A program made the position numbers and the translations under genes. This document shows, piece after piece, positions 63,092 through 64,000 of a DNA stretch of 64,000 nt. The DNA is from Gordonia sp. (in: high G+C Gram-positive bacteria) (GTDB lineage: Bacteria > Actinomycetota > Actinomycetes > Mycobacteriales > Mycobacteriaceae), in assembly GCF_047606305.1 (NCBI RefSeq), contig NZ_JASGER010000051.1, positions 6,787-70,786 on the forward strand, read 5' to 3'. The notes below the pieces were generated by a model. It was not told the origin of the DNA and searched no databases. It worked only from the letters and a program-made list of their open reading frames with translations. The stretch's first letter is position 1. Every line of letters starts with the position of its first letter.

Positions 63092-64000
63092 TCAGCGCGC
63101 GCCCGCGGCGACCGGTGAATCCGCGTGGACCAGGATCCGGAAGTCCTGGAGGTCCACCCGCCGCAGCTGGTGGATGAACTGGGTCGCAAACCCCGGGTAC
63201 ATCGTGGCGTTGAAGCCGTCGTCGGTCAGGTACCAGCTCTGGCAGCCCGAGTTCCACGTCGTCCGCTTCAACCGGCGCTGGATGTCGGCGTTGAACGCCG
63301 CCTGTGCCTGTTCGCGCACCTCCAGCGCCTTCCAGCCGCCCCGCTCGAGCATCCGGATAGCACCGGTGATGAAGTCGATCTGTGCCTCGAGGTACACCAG
63401 CGCCGAGTTGTGGCCGGGACCGGAATTGGGGCCGAAGGTGAAGTAGAGGTTCGGGTAGCCGGCGGCGGCCACGCTGCGATAGGCCTGCGCTCCCCCGCGC
63501 CACTGGGTCGCCAACTCGCGACCCCCGACGCCCGTCACCGGATATGGCAGTCCCTGCTTGCCGACCTCGAATCCGGTGGCGAACACGATGCAATCGACCT
63601 GGTGCTCGATCCCCTCCACCGTCCGGATCCCGTCGGGGGCGATCCGCGCGATCGGCCAGGTGACCAGCTTGCAGTTGTCGGCCTGCAGCGCCGGGTAGTA
63701 GTCACTGGTCATCAGCAAGCGCTTACAGCCGGCCGAGAAGTCCGGGGTGAGCTGTCGACGCAGCCAGGGGTCCCGGACCTGCAGCCGCAGGTTCAGCTTG
63801 GCGACGGCCTCGACGACACGTGTGAGCGGCGTGTCCCACACGACGCCCAATGCCATCGACTCGTGGCCGAGATACCACGCGGCGCGTGCCAGCCGCTGCG
63901 CTCCCGGAACGGCGCGGAACACGCCCCTGGTGAACTCACCCGTCTGTGGATTCACCCGCGGCAGCACCCAACCCGGAGTCCGCTGGAACACCTTCACCGA
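63092..64000 (-). CDS. Flavin-containing monooxygenase (BVMO-like), 5' part outside window
   Basis: VFQRTPGWVLPR, CKRLLMTSDYY, VFATGF, FGPNSG, WNSGCQSWY. Confidence 0.9.
   Translation of the reverse strand, partial: SVKVFQRTPGWVLPRVNPQTGEFTRGVFRAVPGAQRLARAAWYLGHESMALGVVWDTPLTRVVEAVAKLNLRLQVRDPWLRRQLTPDFSAGCKRLLMTSDYYPALQADNCKLVTWPIARIAPDGIRTVEGIEHQVDCIVFATGFEVGKQGLPYPVTGVGGRELATQWRGGAQAYRSVAAAGYPNLYFTFGPNSGPGHNSALVYLEAQIDFITGAIRMLERGGWKALEVREQAQAAFNADIQRRLKRTTWNSGCQSWYLTDDGFNATMYPGFATQFIHQLRRVDLQDFRILVHADSPVAAGAR

Overview
High-GC Mycobacteriales chromosome segment. It looks Gordonia-like, inferred from gene content and order rather than a database search. The left part is the conserved block equivalent to M. 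tuberculosis Rv1830-Rv1854 (merR, glycine riboswitch-gcvP, glcB, CNNM pair, guaB1, gnd, blaR/blaI, thioesterase, ndh). A recCBD operon and four envelope or hypothetical genes follow, then the block equivalent to Rv2089/Rv2074-Rv2050 (pepE, F420 reductase, SDR, fxsA, lnt, ppm1, rbpA). The right part is accessory: lipases, WS/DGAT, an F420/Rieske/amine-dehydrogenase-like cluster, an amine oxidase, a mazEF-type TA pair, a TetR/VOC/UvrA-like module and a partial flavin monooxygenase. The best non-ORF signals are: (1) a 28-bp dif-like XerC/XerD site at 58579-58606 directly beside the TA module, suggesting the window contains the replication terminus; (2) a sigma-A promoter with an IdeR box driving a ~95-nt terminated sRNA between blaI and the thioesterase, the position of mycobacterial MrsI; (3) phased palindromic operator arrays before the TA pair and between VOC and TetR; (4) a clean in-frame internal deletion in the UvrA-like gene. 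No rRNA, tRNA, CRISPR array, transposase or integrase was seen. Family assignments rest on motifs recognised by eye. Many start codons were moved from the ORF track using RBS or leaderless -10 evidence.
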